From Ostrea edulis (Eukaryota), in NCBI RefSeq assembly GCF_947568905.1, contig NC_079169.1:25048001-25112000 (forward strand): a stretch of DNA of 64,000 nt, given 5' to 3'. Positions within the stretch are counted from its first letter, which is position 1. Every line of letters begins with the position of its first letter. The notes beneath the pieces are model-generated. The model saw only the letters and a list, made by a program, of their open reading frames with translations, did not search any database and was not told where the DNA came from. The position numbers and the translations under genes are program-made. Of this stretch, positions 1 through 26,899 are shown piece after piece.

Positions 1-2483
1 GACAAAGTTTCATCAATAATAATACCAAGTAATTTTGACTCCTGAACACATTCTATGACATGGTTATTTATCACTAAATTTAATTTTCGATACTTTGATA
101 ATTTTTGTGCCGATCCAATAAGCATACATTGAGTTTTAGACAGGTTTAAGCTTAATTTATTTTCCTTAATCCACATTATACTGCGCTGAAGATCTTCATA
201 CATCTTTGACTCAATATTTTCCACTGACTTATCTGTTACATCTTGTGAAGTATCATCTGCATACATATTTACATGAGAATGTTTCAGTGCTTGTGGATAG
301 TCATTAATATACAGGATAAAAAACAATGGGCCTAAAATAGAGCCTTGCGGAACTCCAATGGTTACATTTCTTTCCTCCGATAAATTGCCTTTCCAAATAA
401 CTCTCTGTGTACGATTTGTTAGATATGATTTAAACCATTCAAAAGTATCATTGCATATGCCAAATGACTTGCGTTTGTGTAATAAAACCTTGTGATTTAT
501 AGTGTCAAATGCTTTCCGTAAGTCTATAAAAATTACACCAGTAAGTTTACCTTCATCAATATTTTTAAGCCATCTATCTACTAGAGAAATAAGAGTACTT
601 TCACATGAGTGTTTTGGCCTAAAACCAGACTGACAATCTGTAATTAGAGAATTTACTGACAAATACTCATAAAATGAATTAAAAACATGCCTTTCTAAAA
701 TTTTGCTCACACAAGGTAAAATGGATACAGGCCGATAATTATTAACTAGACATTCATCCCCTGATTTAAAAAGTGGTACAACTCGTGCCTTTTTCCAGTC
801 ATCTGCACAAGTACATGAAGATATAGAATAGTTGAAAATATATGCAAGAATATCACATACACTGTTTGATGAAAGTTTTAGAAGTTTGACAGAGATACCA
901 TCCAAACCTGTTGCCTTTGATGCAGACATACATTTTATCTCATTTTCAATAAATTCTGCAGTTATACCTGGTATTGTATAAGAATTTTTAGGCATTTGTT
1001 CTTCAACTGTAGGTAAAGTGTCATCAAAATGTTTTCCTAGCTCATGACCAATGTTACAAAAGTAATTATTAAAACATTCGGCAATATCCTTTGTATCTTT
1101 AAAAATTACGTTATTGTCCTTAAGAAATGTACAGTTTGTATTCGTTTTCTTAGATGGTAAGAATTGCCTAAGTTTGTCCCACATGTCCTTGGGCTTGTTT
1201 TCTGCCTGGGAAATTGCTTCCTCAACAAATGCATGTTTTGCCTCCCTGATCTTTTTCGTCACCCTGTTTCTTGATGCTCTGTATAGGTTCCACGCGTGAT
1301 CATCATTACTCTGTGTCGCCTTTTTAAAGAGGTGTTCACGACAGTGCATTTCTGTAAGTATGTCATCGTTTATCCATTCTTCTGAACGTGAGTTAATTCT
1401 TCTTTCTTTTAGAGGAATGTGTTTATCCACCACTTCAAAAAATTTAGAATAAAAGAATTGCCACATAGTATCAATATCCACCATTTCATATATGGGACTC
1501 CAGTCAATAGTGTTTAGTTCTTCTTGAAAACTGCTCTCATTTAAGTTTTTAAAATTTCTATATTTAATATGAACGTGACTGTTTGCACCGGCTCTAATTT
1601 TACCATTTACAGCGTAAATCAAGTTGTGGTCACTTAATCCTATTGGGAATACTCCTGATGAAGAAAACTTATCCGGACTATTTACATAAATATGGTCAAT
1701 TAAAGTACTGGAGTCTTTAGTCTCACGTGTAGGGTTTTTTATCAGTTGCTGAAATCCAATGTTTTTCATGATAGTCTTTAAACGCTTTGTCTTGTACTCA
1801 TCCACATTGAAATCGCCCATAATTAGAATATCTTTGTGTTCTGCTATTAGTTGTTCAATCCGCCCCTCAAACTTCTCTAACCAATCTACTGTGGAATCTG
1901 GAGGTCGATAAGATAAAGCACAGGATGTCTTAGTCGACTGCCCAATAGAAATCACAAATTCAAGCATTTCCAAATCATCCATGATTTTTATGTTTGTAAT
2001 GGTAAATTTTTCTTTAATGTAGACTAATATTCCACCCCCATTCCGGTTTCTATCCCTCCTCAGAATTCTGTAACCATTCATTGATATTTCAGAATTTTCT
2101 ATTTTGTTGTCCAATTTACTTTCAGTCAAGGCCAGAACATCAAATGCACCTTTACGTAGCATTATTTTGATTTGATCCAATTTACTTAAAATTCCTCTCA
2201 CATTCAAGTGTGCATATAAAATTCCCTTAGGTACAGTTTCCAAAAATTTCTCAAGAGATTGGTCAACATTAAAGCCAGTTGAAATTTCACTTATACAAGA
2301 GTCACACAGCCATTCTACCTGATTAGGAATTTCCATGGTTTGGGTTGTAGTTTTCACTACCTGATTACATCCAATACAGTGAGCATTTATGGTCTGTTGA
2401 GCTCCTTCTGGTCCTGGGTTTAAATGGACATCGTTTGATAAAAGTAGACATAAAAATCCTATATAGTGAGTAGTAGCCGTCGC
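1..2483 (-). CDS. Non-LTR retrotransposon (CR1/L2-group LINE) ORF2: 2A-like peptide, Cys motif, APE endonuclease, reverse transcriptase; runs off the left edge
   Basis: Manual translation of one minus frame: LLSNDVHLNPGP (2409-2441), CIGC..WLCDSC, AHLNVRG, ALTESK, RRDRNRNGGG, YRPP, IMGDFN, TLIDH, GLSDH (APE); IDLRKAFD, GVPQGSILGPLFFILYIND (~300-360), MYADD (~255-270). The NPGP and GVPQG codons are in the same frame. The ORF track lists no terminating minus-strand ORF here, which implies no internal stop. Upstream in-frame TAA at 2484-2486; first in-frame ATG at 2334-2336. Confidence 0.93.
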
Positions 2484-3748
2484 TTATCTCTTAATTGCGG
2501 TCACTGATTTATAACGGTTTTTCTATACCGGAGATTTTGCTAAGAATTTCTTGGCATGATAATTTTATAATTCAATTTAAAGTTAGGAAATATACGGAAG
2601 CATATCAGGGCGCAGCAGTATCTTTTTTTTAGTTTGTTATAACAAATTAGTAATTTGTTTTAACAGATTATTAATGCCAATTGGCAATGCATCAAATTCA
2701 CTCATGGATGCCATCGTATTACATCCGAGATCTATGTCGAGTGCGCGAGACATTCGAGGAGTTCCGATTGGGTCCCCTTAGTTTGGTAAATTCGTACCTA
2801 AACAGCGTACGCGTAAAACGATAGTTGAGGATGTCTGTCGGTAATTAGTCATGATTATGACATTAAACATTGATTCTGTTGTCCAGCTCTGGCCACGCGA
2901 AGGTTCCCCATTCACCCAGTCATGTTATTTTGAATAAAAAGTAAAGAAACTATACTTCCTAAAGTAAATAATGTAACCCCAAAAGTGTGGTTCTACAATA
3001 TTTTGATTAAGAAAGAAAAGGGAATAATGATAGTACAGTCTTTAATCGTCTTGATGATGGAATGATAATATTAAAATTTCTCTTCGATAACTATGACTAC
3101 TTTAACACTTAATTCAATAACGAGTATGCTTTAACAACCGAAGTTTAAAAAGAAGCACACCATTTATAGTGTATATATCAAAGTGGATTGAAATATTGCG
3201 AAAAAGTGCGTGTACTACACATGTATAATTACAAATAATATGTACAGTGATACAATAAAATGCGCATATAAATGCACCATATATGAAATTGCGATTCATT
3301 TAAGTTACCTTAGATATATAGAACTCAGTTTGATTCAATATTGTCTATAATGCTAAAACGCGGACTTTCGGCAGATCACAAGATCGGCGACTGTGTTCAG
3401 GTTTCGGCATTTATAAAACGTACTAGATTGACCGCTTTTTGGTATCCGAAAACTCTGGTTCAGTATCTTCTTTATACAGAATTCCCAGAAAAGTTATATG
3501 ATTCTTGTTTAACAAACAGTTATCACAATAAGTTTGATGTCATTCTATCAACTATTAAGAGAGAAATCATGCAAAAATTGTTATCCGGGACTTTCGGGTT
3601 TCGGCCGTACTACATTTACCGCTTGCCGGACATTTACACCGACCCCTGAAGTTATCGTAACGTCCGGTTACGGAAAAGAACGAGTGTGATCCGATTGTTC
3701 TGTTCATTATTATTACCAACAACTTGAACAAGGAACTGAAATAACAAG

Positions 3749-17728
<13,980 letters not shown>

Positions 17729-20700
17729 ACTGGCTCCCATTCCCTTTAGCTACAGCAACTTATGGATAGGAATTAAAAGAAAACTCGGGATGTTCTAGGA
17801 CTGTTGATAGTAAAAATTATTATTTAACATTGTACCATTTCCAAAAAATATTATACACTGTTCAGTGTAAACGGAAATATAAATCTGTATTGGGTATTAT
17901 TATCTAGTTCATTTACAAATATCGCCATATACTTTGTTTTGCTGTTTTAGAATTATAAATTGTAAGATATCAAAGTTTTATATGATCTGGGCAATATCTT
18001 GTATGAGTTAATTATAGATGTTGAGTTTTGTTATGAGTACATGGTTGTTATTCTTATATATTGTACATTATGATAAAAAATTTCCAGAACAAAGTGTTTT
18101 CTTTTTAGCCAGGTTACCATGGTGACAATTTTATTATTTTTGTTAGTGTATTGGACAGTCACCCTTGTTTATTTGTGCTTCTAACATATCATTGTTATTT
18201 TAATATATATATATATATAATCTCATGTTTGATCTTTTATTATTGGACTTAAAATTCAGGAAATTGTGAATTCAGTTTTTGCACAGCTGAGAGGATCGGC
18301 ATTAAAATGTAAATTTATGTACATGTGAAACAGAGAGACACTGGAAACTCTAATTCATGATTGCACAAACTGTTTCTTCTGATCTCTAAATGTGCTAAAT
18401 ATGCCTATTGTTTATAAGTGTCCATACAGTAATATTGATTTGATTTTTTAAAATCTTAGCATATGATTGAAAAGACTTGTAAATTAATTTAAAATCGAAA
18501 TGTAAAACTCGACAAAAAACATATAAATATCAAAGATTTTAAATCTTAATAGTTATGGCACATGTTATTTAGATTGTTATATCAGAATCTCATCATTAGC
18601 TGCATGACACTTCTTTTGAAGTCTTTATAAAGTAAATTTGAAATTTGACGATACAAGATAATGTCTGCATGAATCTTTAATACTGAGTACAGATTGGCAA
18701 GTTTTTGGTAGGGTGGAAAATTGGGGTGGGTGATGAAATAACTTGTTTTACCAATTTTCTAAGTAAATTAATACACATGAAGTACACAGGTAATTTACAC
18801 TACATTTATTATCATTATTGCAGTAATAAAATAATATTCAGTTTGTTAAAAAAAAATGTGGACACAATCTATTTTGCCATCAGGCTTGCATTTGACTAAA
18901 TAGTTTTCCTTCCTGTTGACAGTGACTGTAAATTAACGGTATCATCATTGTGAACTGTTAGGCTTTATGTTTTTAAGACTCTATGTTATATACATGTGTT
19001 TGTTGTATGTTCATCTAAAATTTAAAAAAGAATGTTAAACATTTTGCAGTTTATCATATTAAAGTTTATCATTCCAATTTCATGTAAATTTATGGTGAAT
19101 TTACATTATATTGACACAGAAATTGTGATATCATATTAAATTAAGATTTACTTTTGCATCAAGGAGCATTGACTCTGTTTCCAGTAGACTTCTTTCACTG
19201 AAATATATTCCTTTAAAATCTGTTTTTGGATATGAAATTTAAATGTACATATATGTGAAGGTGTTTATAATTCACCAGGTACATCTATATTGCCTCATTT
19301 TGCTGTGTTCTGTAAGTTGTTGTTATATATGTAATAAATCAGGAAAAAAAGGTGTGAAATTTTGTGGATCAGAAGCGAGAACGACACTATAGATTTGCTT
19401 CCACACTGAGCACTTTTAAGTGCTTCCAAAGAAGTATGTAGCACTTGTCTGTCTCCTGCTTTGTCAGATAACAATAGAATGCTACATGTATAAGATGCTG
19501 TAAACTGAGAGAAGTGGAATTGTAATGGGGGGGGGGGGTTTACAAGTAATTTGTAAATGACCTTTTATGAAAATGATCCCGTAAACGTTTCCATTAGATA
19601 TGGAAACTGAGAATGATTTAGTCTCCACACTGTGGAAAAGGTCATTTTGTTAGTGCCATTTATTTTCAAATTGTTAATTTCCCATTGAACACAATTTGGG
19701 AAGGAATCGATGTTTTCGAAGACATTCCATCACACTCCCTGAAATACTCATACAGACCCGAGAGTCAAGCCACTTGAGCGGTGTACGTGATTGTTGTAAG
19801 ATGATCTCTGTAACATAAGTATATGTACATGTCAATTCAATGGTGAGATGACAGATTGGAGATCACAAATATTGCAAGTGGATAACTCTGTAAGAAGGGT
19901 GATTTCTTCCGTTGTTTAAATGATACAAAGAGAATATTCACATTGTGGTTTTCCTGTCAGTCCGCGTCTTCCTGTTCAAACCTTCCCATTTGATTGGAGT
20001 ACGTTGATATATCTATTGATGGCATGTGAACGGAAATCGGTGTATCATTTTATCTGCCCCGTTTTCTGGATCCGGTATTCGTGCAAGAAGAACAGCTGAC
20101 TAGTTTATATGACGAGTTCTGTACATGCTTGTTTCAGAACACACTTCTATTCTGGGGACGGGTGTGAACTGACGTACATTGTCATCAACTGCTTTAGTAC
20201 TGCGTTTGATAATCAGAAAATACTAGATTATTGTGTAAATACCCTTAACGATATTTATACGGATTTTAAAATGTTCATTTTCTGTCCGCAGCTGTTTATG
20301 TATGTTTCCAAGGTGGTGCTGTTCATTCCATTTCACACTTGGAGAATATTGTATGAACTTCGGACAGAGGAGACAGATTTCTACGACGTCCATGAAAACC
20401 ACACCAAACCTCACCTTGCAGGTGGATGAAAGATTTTTTCACTTGACTGGTTTTTGTGATTTCAGCGAGGTTCACTATGAAAAGGGGAAAAACCCAACCA
20501 GCAGAGCGATTTGGAGCACCATGGTCCCCCCCCTACTGCGACCTGATGCAAGACATTTGTTACGTGGCAATATGTGTTCTATGATTATGTAATAATCTAA
20601 CTCCAGACTTTTATCAGGAAGTTTTATTCGCAAACGGAATTAGAACGAGGTGATACCACTCCATCAATGAGACAGAGCTTCGTGCGTGAGGCATTTCTAC

Positions 20701-21287
20701 AAACTGTAAAAATCTGCCAGTGATTTTCTCAGGATATAGTAGAGTTTTTTGTATTCTTTGTTCATGATTTTACACAGTATTGATAATTCATAATGTATAT
20801 GTATGATAGTTATCAATATGATGGTTATCAATATAACTCTTTTAAAGAGTATTTATTCCTGATAATTATTCTATATATACTGCACACACACATGTTTAGT
20901 GTAAAGGTTATACACCCCCCCCCCTCCACTTTTAAGTTTTACGAGGGGCTAACTAGAGGTATTCCAGCTTGAGATTTCACAAAAATGAACTGGACCATTT
21001 AATTCATTGACCATTTTGCACATTTCACATTTACTAAAATGTTTTTCAAGCATCCAAAATAACGACGAAATATCTCTCCTTCTTCCTGGTATGTGAGGGG
21101 GGTTTGCAGAGATTGGTATCTGTGTTTAAGTACCCTGTTTAATTTTGTATTTTGGCACATTTTCTGTATTTCAGTACTCACAATCCATCAATATATATTT
21201 TGTAGCGTATTTTCAGCATTTTAGATATACATTGATATTGTTAAAAGATCTTATACAGTGTATCGATTTTAGCAATAAGTTTTTAGT

Positions 21288-21376
<89 letters not shown>
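21288..21376. repeat. (CT)n microsatellite
   Basis: About 44 CT units with one interruption. Confidence 0.98.
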
Positions 21377-21379
<3 letters not shown>

Positions 21380-21612
21380 AATCAAGAAACTGATCACTAT
21401 CATAAATTATGTTATTTATCAGTTTTATGTGTTTAGAGCATACACACAATAATGTTATATAAGCTTTGTTGTTTCTTCATTTCTTCACACTTTGAACAAT
21501 GTACATGTACATTGCAACATTTACACGCATTATCGTGCGGTATTTGTGTGATTACAAACAAAAGATACCACGCATGGAAATCATGCAAGCCAATTTGTCC
21601 CGTGTAACATCA

Positions 21613-21803
21613 TATATCCAAACATCACTAATCGATCAGATCACTAATCGATCTTTAATCGAACACTTCTCGGTAGATTACATTTCCTAATCGATAAAAA
21701 TCCCCCTAGAGTTTGATAAATTACATTTCATTACATAATCAATCAACAAGTGTTCGATTACTATCGATTACTGATCTGATCGATTAGTCATGCCTGGATA
21801 TAT
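21613..21803. mobile_element. Small MITE with imperfect TIRs
   Basis: TATATCCAAACATCACTAATCGATCAGATCA..TAATCGAACACTT is mirrored by AAGTGTTCGATTA..TGATCTGATCGATTAGTCATGCCTGGATATA. Confidence 0.65.
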
Positions 21804-22014
21804 CTGAGCTCAATACATGTTACATTAATTTTACGCTACCCGTTACTTATCCGGTTGGTGGAAAATAAGACATCCACGGAACGTTTCTAACCCTCTCGAC
21901 CCACAGCCACCCCCCACCCCCCACCCCACCCCAACTAAAGGCCATCCGTCCTCTGTCCCCTTCTCGTTCCAAATATCACTAGGATGATAAATATGATAGA
22001 ACAGATCATAAATA

Positions 22015-23150
22015 TCGTAGTAGTTAGAACCGTGGATATCGGACTGGGTAGCTCAGTTTTTAGAAAACCTGAATAGTAATCCAGGGGTTCTGGGGTGGAT
22101 TCCCGGTCCAGTCCAAAGTTTTCTCCTTATCAATTCAATTTATTCGCTCAAACCATGTACATCAGGGTAAAAGAAATAAAAAATCAAGAAAATCGTCACA
22201 CTATATGTATAAATATGATTGTAATACATTTGAGAGGTAGCAGAAGAACAAGTACGAGGAACAGACAATCTCACAGAAATGTGAAATAAATACACAAAGA
22301 TTTCTTAATGTTTTCATATTTTGATTTGACAGAACATTTGGTCTTTCATAATGTTTTTTATCTAAGTATTTTTTTCCTTAATTGTGAAAAAGTTGAACAC
22401 TGTAAAAATAAAATGTAGTGGAATTCATCACCTATTCCTCCTTTAATGTCACACAACGTACAGTCTTTCATTCTGAGGAATACTAGTACCAGTCCGTACC
22501 ATCTTCCTGTCTCTATAGGCGAGTGGTGGTTTGAAGAGCGAAATTTCATAGATAATTTTCTTAATTTTACAGGCAAAGTAAGTATATATATTTCTCTGAG
22601 CCAAAACAATGTTTGTAAACCTGGCCCTTCGAGGAGTCAGTCATTCTGGAGAAGACCACATCTGAATGAATGGATCTTTCAATATCTGATTTACCGTTGC
22701 AGATAACCATCTAACATTTACAGCATATCATTTAAAATATTTGGAAATCTATACATGTTTAATATTCTTTAAATACAGTCAATCCATGGGTTTTTAAATT
22801 CATCTTTATCATATTGGATATAAATATATATATATAGATAATGCTAAATACTTTATTTTTTGGACATAACAATTTTGTTCAGTAATCAGTATGTAGTCAT
22901 CTCGTATAAACCTTGATGTATATCGGAAAATGCCCAGTTTCTCCACATATATTGAGCTTTTCAAATTAAAAATAGTTTTCGGAAATTTCAAATGAACAGG
23001 TTCATTTATATCTAGGTTTTCGTAATCCCATCCTTTTCTTTTACATTTGGTGCCGTTGTCCACCCTTGGACTTCAGATGAAAGCCCTGTCAGGGACAAAA
23101 GAATCTGTAGCTTGAAGGAGGGAGGAAATGCAGTAATTAGAACCACAGGA
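22015..23150 (+). mobile_element. Degenerate tRNA-LTR TRIM (Helenus-like), apparently split by a LINE 3' fragment
   Basis: LTR-like tRNA head GTAGTAGTTAGAACC..GGGTAGCTCAG..GGATTCCCGGTCCAGTCC (22015-22130). At 23030-23150: TACA-TTTGGTGCCGTTGTCC (PBS), an internal part similar to 41100-41200, PPT GAAGGAGGGAGGAAA, then TGCAGTAATTAGAACC (start of a second LTR). Confidence 0.55.
22330..23000 (-). mobile_element. LINE 3' fragment with C-terminal CCHC zinc knuckle (clade uncertain)
   Basis: SNHHSPIETGRW..CTLC..IGDEFHY..C; frameshifted and containing stops. Confidence 0.75.
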
Positions 23151-24064
23151 ACCTGAAGTGTGGATGTCGTGTACATACATCTTATGTACATATCTCCCTT
23201 TTCTATCCAATAGAAAAATAATTATAGAACCAATAATTTATTGATTTGATTTGAACAGTATCTTATTCATGTATATATAGAAAATACATACATAAATAGG
23301 ATTAGGCACAATGCTTATATAAGCCCTCTCCATAGGTCAAAGGTCAGTTATGACAGAATAAAATTTAAATAGTACATGAAAATATATCAAAATGATTCAA
23401 GAAAAAAAAGTTTACAAATAAGAGAGAAAAAATGAAACAATTATAAGAAGGAGAATATAATTATGTGCCGGTTAAGTTAAGAGTATAACAACTAATACCT
23501 ACAATAATTTGAATTCAGAAGTATAGTTATACAGTGAAGTGAATGAGTACATATGTACATACATTTTTGCACAAGAATATCAAATACTGAATCTTCTACT
23601 TTTTTCAATGAAGGAATGAACTGTATCAAATAGTTTTCAATTAGTACTAAAAGATTCCCCATTGACACCATTTAACAATATTTCAACTGTAACGGGGATA
23701 TTTATAAGTGAACTGAAGTTATTTAAGACCACTTCTCTTTGTGCATTGTAATATGGACATTCCATGAAGAAATGGTAACTATCCTCACATGGATTGCCAC
23801 AAAGATTAGAAGATGGATTACTAATAAGACGCTGATTAAAGAGATGCGTATTAAGATTGCTAGCCTGATTGCGAAGTTGGCAATGTACGACATTTACTCT
23901 ACAATTACCATGATTATATGATTTAATATATGTATTTCTTGCGGATTTTTAAAGTTTGTTTTTGAAAGATGTAATGGAAGGTGATTTTGTTGTCTTCAGG
24001 AAGGTTATTCTAGAGTTTTATTGCATGCTGGTACAAAACTATTCATATATGATGATGTTCTAAC

Positions 24065-24189
24065 CACAGACACTCAACGTTTTAAATATCTATAATAAAA
24101 AAAAATGTCTTCCTGTAAACATGTTTACAGGAAGACAATAGGAAGACAATTTTTTTTATTATAGATATTTAAAACGTCGAGTGTCTGTG
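24065..24189. mobile_element. 125-bp foldback MITE with 8-bp TSD (family copy 1)
   Basis: Termini CACAGACACTC..GAGTGTCTGTG, almost entirely self-complementary; TSD GTTCTAAC at 24057-24064 and 24190-24197. Confidence 0.9.
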
Positions 24190-24306
24190 GTTCTAACCTG
24201 TGGAACAGTATAAGTCTTAGAGGCCCTAAGGTTGTAATTATGATGTGATGATTCACATAATTCTAACATCTCTATAAGATAGTTTAGAGTAGGGATATCC
24301 ATTTAT

Positions 24307-24667
24307 AATTGGTACCGTATAAGTTTTACATTATGACCCCTGGGTCGAGGCCTCTGCTGGTGGACTGTTAGTCCCCGAGGCTCTCTACAGCCCAGTAGCT
24401 AAGTACTTCGTTACTAGCTTGAAAATACGGATGTATATTTAATTGCTGTTAAAAAATTTAGAATTAAGGATTATCTCCCTCATGCATAGCTCTTATCCTT
24501 GGACGAATTTGGCTCCACTTTTTTGGCACGCTGGTTTTGGCTATATTTAGCTCTAAAACTTCATAGTTATTTCGGATTTCAAACATTTCGGTTGAGCATC
24601 ACTGAAGATACATTATTTGTCGAAATGCGCATCTGGTGCATCAAAATTGGTACCGTACAAGTTTTAT
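24307..24667 (+). mobile_element. Non-LTR retrozyme-like repeat (338-nt monomer plus terminal redundancy), copy 1
   Basis: Direct repeat AATTGGTACCGTA(T/C)AAGTTTTA at 24307 and 24645 (period 338); near-identical to 28999-29290; contains a hammerhead at 24596-24639. Confidence 0.8.
24596..24639 (+). ncRNA. Minimal type I hammerhead ribozyme (stem II first pair mutated)
   Basis: GCAUCA-CUGAAGA-uACA-uuauu-UGUC-GAA-AUGCGCAU-C^-UGGUGC; the G-to-T change at 24609 breaks the first stem II pair. Confidence 0.75.
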
Positions 24668-25159
24668 ATAGAAGAGAATAAGCCTATGATTTCTTCTTCT
24701 GATTTCGAAAGGTTCCCATCCCAATTCAGTATAGCGTTTACTTCATTCCCGTAATTATTCGTGCTGCTTCAATTTGTACACCTTCTGATAATTTTGAATC
24801 TTGTACGCTACAACCATCCCATACAACATCAGCATATTCTAGTACTGGTCTGAAAAAAGAAAAATATAGTTTGTTAAGGGAGTCTCTACAAAATGTGTAT
24901 TTGAGCATTCTAAGAATATTTAGAAGTTTGCATGCTTTTTGGCAGATTCCTTGAAAATATGATGGTCAACTTCCATTAGACTGGAATTGAAAGCCTAGAT
25001 GAGTATGCTTGTCACATTTTATAATTGGTTCATCTTGAGTGCCAAAATGAATTGTAGGCTTGGACATTGATTTTCGAGTAAAATCAACATTTACAGTTTT
25101 ATTTGGGTTAAAATCAACTACCCACTGTACAAACCAGCGTCTAATACTTTCTAAATCAG

Positions 25160-25345
25160 TTGGTTGGTTGGTTGTATATTGTTTAACGTCCCACTCGAGA
25201 ATTTTTAACTCATATGGAGACGTCATCATTGCCGGTGAAGGGCTGCAAAATTTAGGCATCTGCTCGGTGCTTATGGCCTTTGAAAATGGAGGGATCTTTA
25301 TCGTGCCACACCTACTGTGACACGGGATCTCGGTTTTTGCGATCT
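25160..25345 (-). mobile_element. 5'-truncated bivalve SINE (Meta-domain-like) with (AACC)n tail
   Basis: The minus strand reads GTGTCACAGTAGGTGTGGCACGATAAAGATCCCTCC..GGGACGTTAAAC..(AACC)n; 13-bp TSD CTTTCTAAATCAG at 25147-25159 and 25346-25358. The domain assignment is from recall. Confidence 0.8.
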
Positions 25346-26899
25346 CTTTCTAAATCAGATGTTAATGACTGTGTTGAACATCGGCTATAACAAACAGAGA
25401 TGTGTCATCTGCAAAAAGCCTTATATGATGTACTAAGTTAGTTATTTACATGTATGTACAATAAGAATAAGAAATGCCCTTGTACAGACCCTTGAGACAC
25501 CCCTGCTTTAATTAAAAGTACCATTAACCTTCTAAGACTACTTTCTGAGCTCTGTCACTTGTATAGTTCTCAATCCAATGATACATATTACCTTGGATAC
25601 CATTTTGTCTTAATTTGTACAATAAACCTCTATGCCAGACCCTATCGAATGCCTTACAAATGTCACAGAAGACAAATCTAACCTCTTTACATTTATCTAA
25701 AGATATAATATTGTTATAAATTTCTATAAGTTGATTTACAGTAGAATCGCATGGTTGAAAACCAGACTGATATTTTAATAATAAATCATTATCAGGAATA
25801 AAATTATACAGGTGTTTAGATATAATTTATCCAAAATATGTTGTCTCCCCGCCGATCATTGATGGGGAAATCACATATTTTGGATGGATTATTGCAATTA
25901 CATTTTTATGCTCTGAAGAAAGGTGAAAATTAAAATACAAGGAACTATACCGAAAACTTAGCTAACATGTATGGACGTACTAGGAGCCAACCCAATTATC
26001 TTAACTTGACTTTTATCTTCTTTTTATTTTTACGTTTTCCTTATCCGACTAAATTACAGACGTACATATATATGACACCAGCTGCAATGGATTTACAATA
26101 AATTACATGTATAGCAGATCCAATGGTCATCTTCAGGGGATGGTGTTTGTGCGTGCGTGTTTGTGCGCGCGTGTGTGTGTTTAATGTAGGAGACCCCGAG
26201 GATGTCTTTGTTAGTTTGTGACCACACACTATGATCATACGTAACTCCTTCTGTCATAGAAAAGAGTTTTGACATCATCATATGGCATAGAAAATTAAAA
26301 CAGAAAATGTAGTAAGGAAGCGATATCCCTAGTAGGCAGAGAAATAATCAGCAAAAGGTAGTCCAGGGTATTATATATTCAAGTAATTTGCAAAATTCTA
26401 AACTGGAATTCGAGTAATGTGTCATGCCTCAAAAATATGCTTTTCCACATAACATACATTACAATATTTTTTCTAAAATTTATTTTGATTCGAACTTGGT
26501 ATGATGCAAAGTTGTAGTTATCAGAAACAGGGTTATATATAATCAAGAAGCATTAGCCGCATTTCGAATACACCTGTTAAGATTATGTTGTTTTTCAGAA
26601 TCAACCTTCCGTTGGGAACTGAACTGAACTGAGTTTATTTCTCATCACAGCTACACAACTGTATACAGAGATTTAGTACATGTATTTTATATAAAAGTGA
26701 TAGTAATATATCACTAAATGTTTTAAGGCATGCGTGAGTATGGAGATAGGCAACATGTACAGTTTTAATTTCGAGTAGTCATTGGGTCGGGGAGCATAAT
26801 TTATTAATATTTCTTATAAAGGAACACAATTTTCTTAGAAAAGATTGCTTGTTTGAATTCATTATATTTTTAAATGTGATGATGATATTTTTGAGATGT

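Larger units (their letters stand above)
23560..25800 (-). mobile_element. Decayed CR1-like LINE RT fragment, host of nested insertions
   Basis: Minus-strand remnants read by eye: VSQGS, LFADDTSL, WFVQWVVDFNPNKT, HTHLG, KLLNILRMLKY, PVLEYADVVWDGC. It is interrupted by a SINE (25160), a retrozyme (24307) and a MITE (24065). The left boundary is approximate. Confidence 0.75.

Noticed and set aside
21145-21393. ORF ending in (SL)n
   Set aside because: Read-through of the (CT)n microsatellite.
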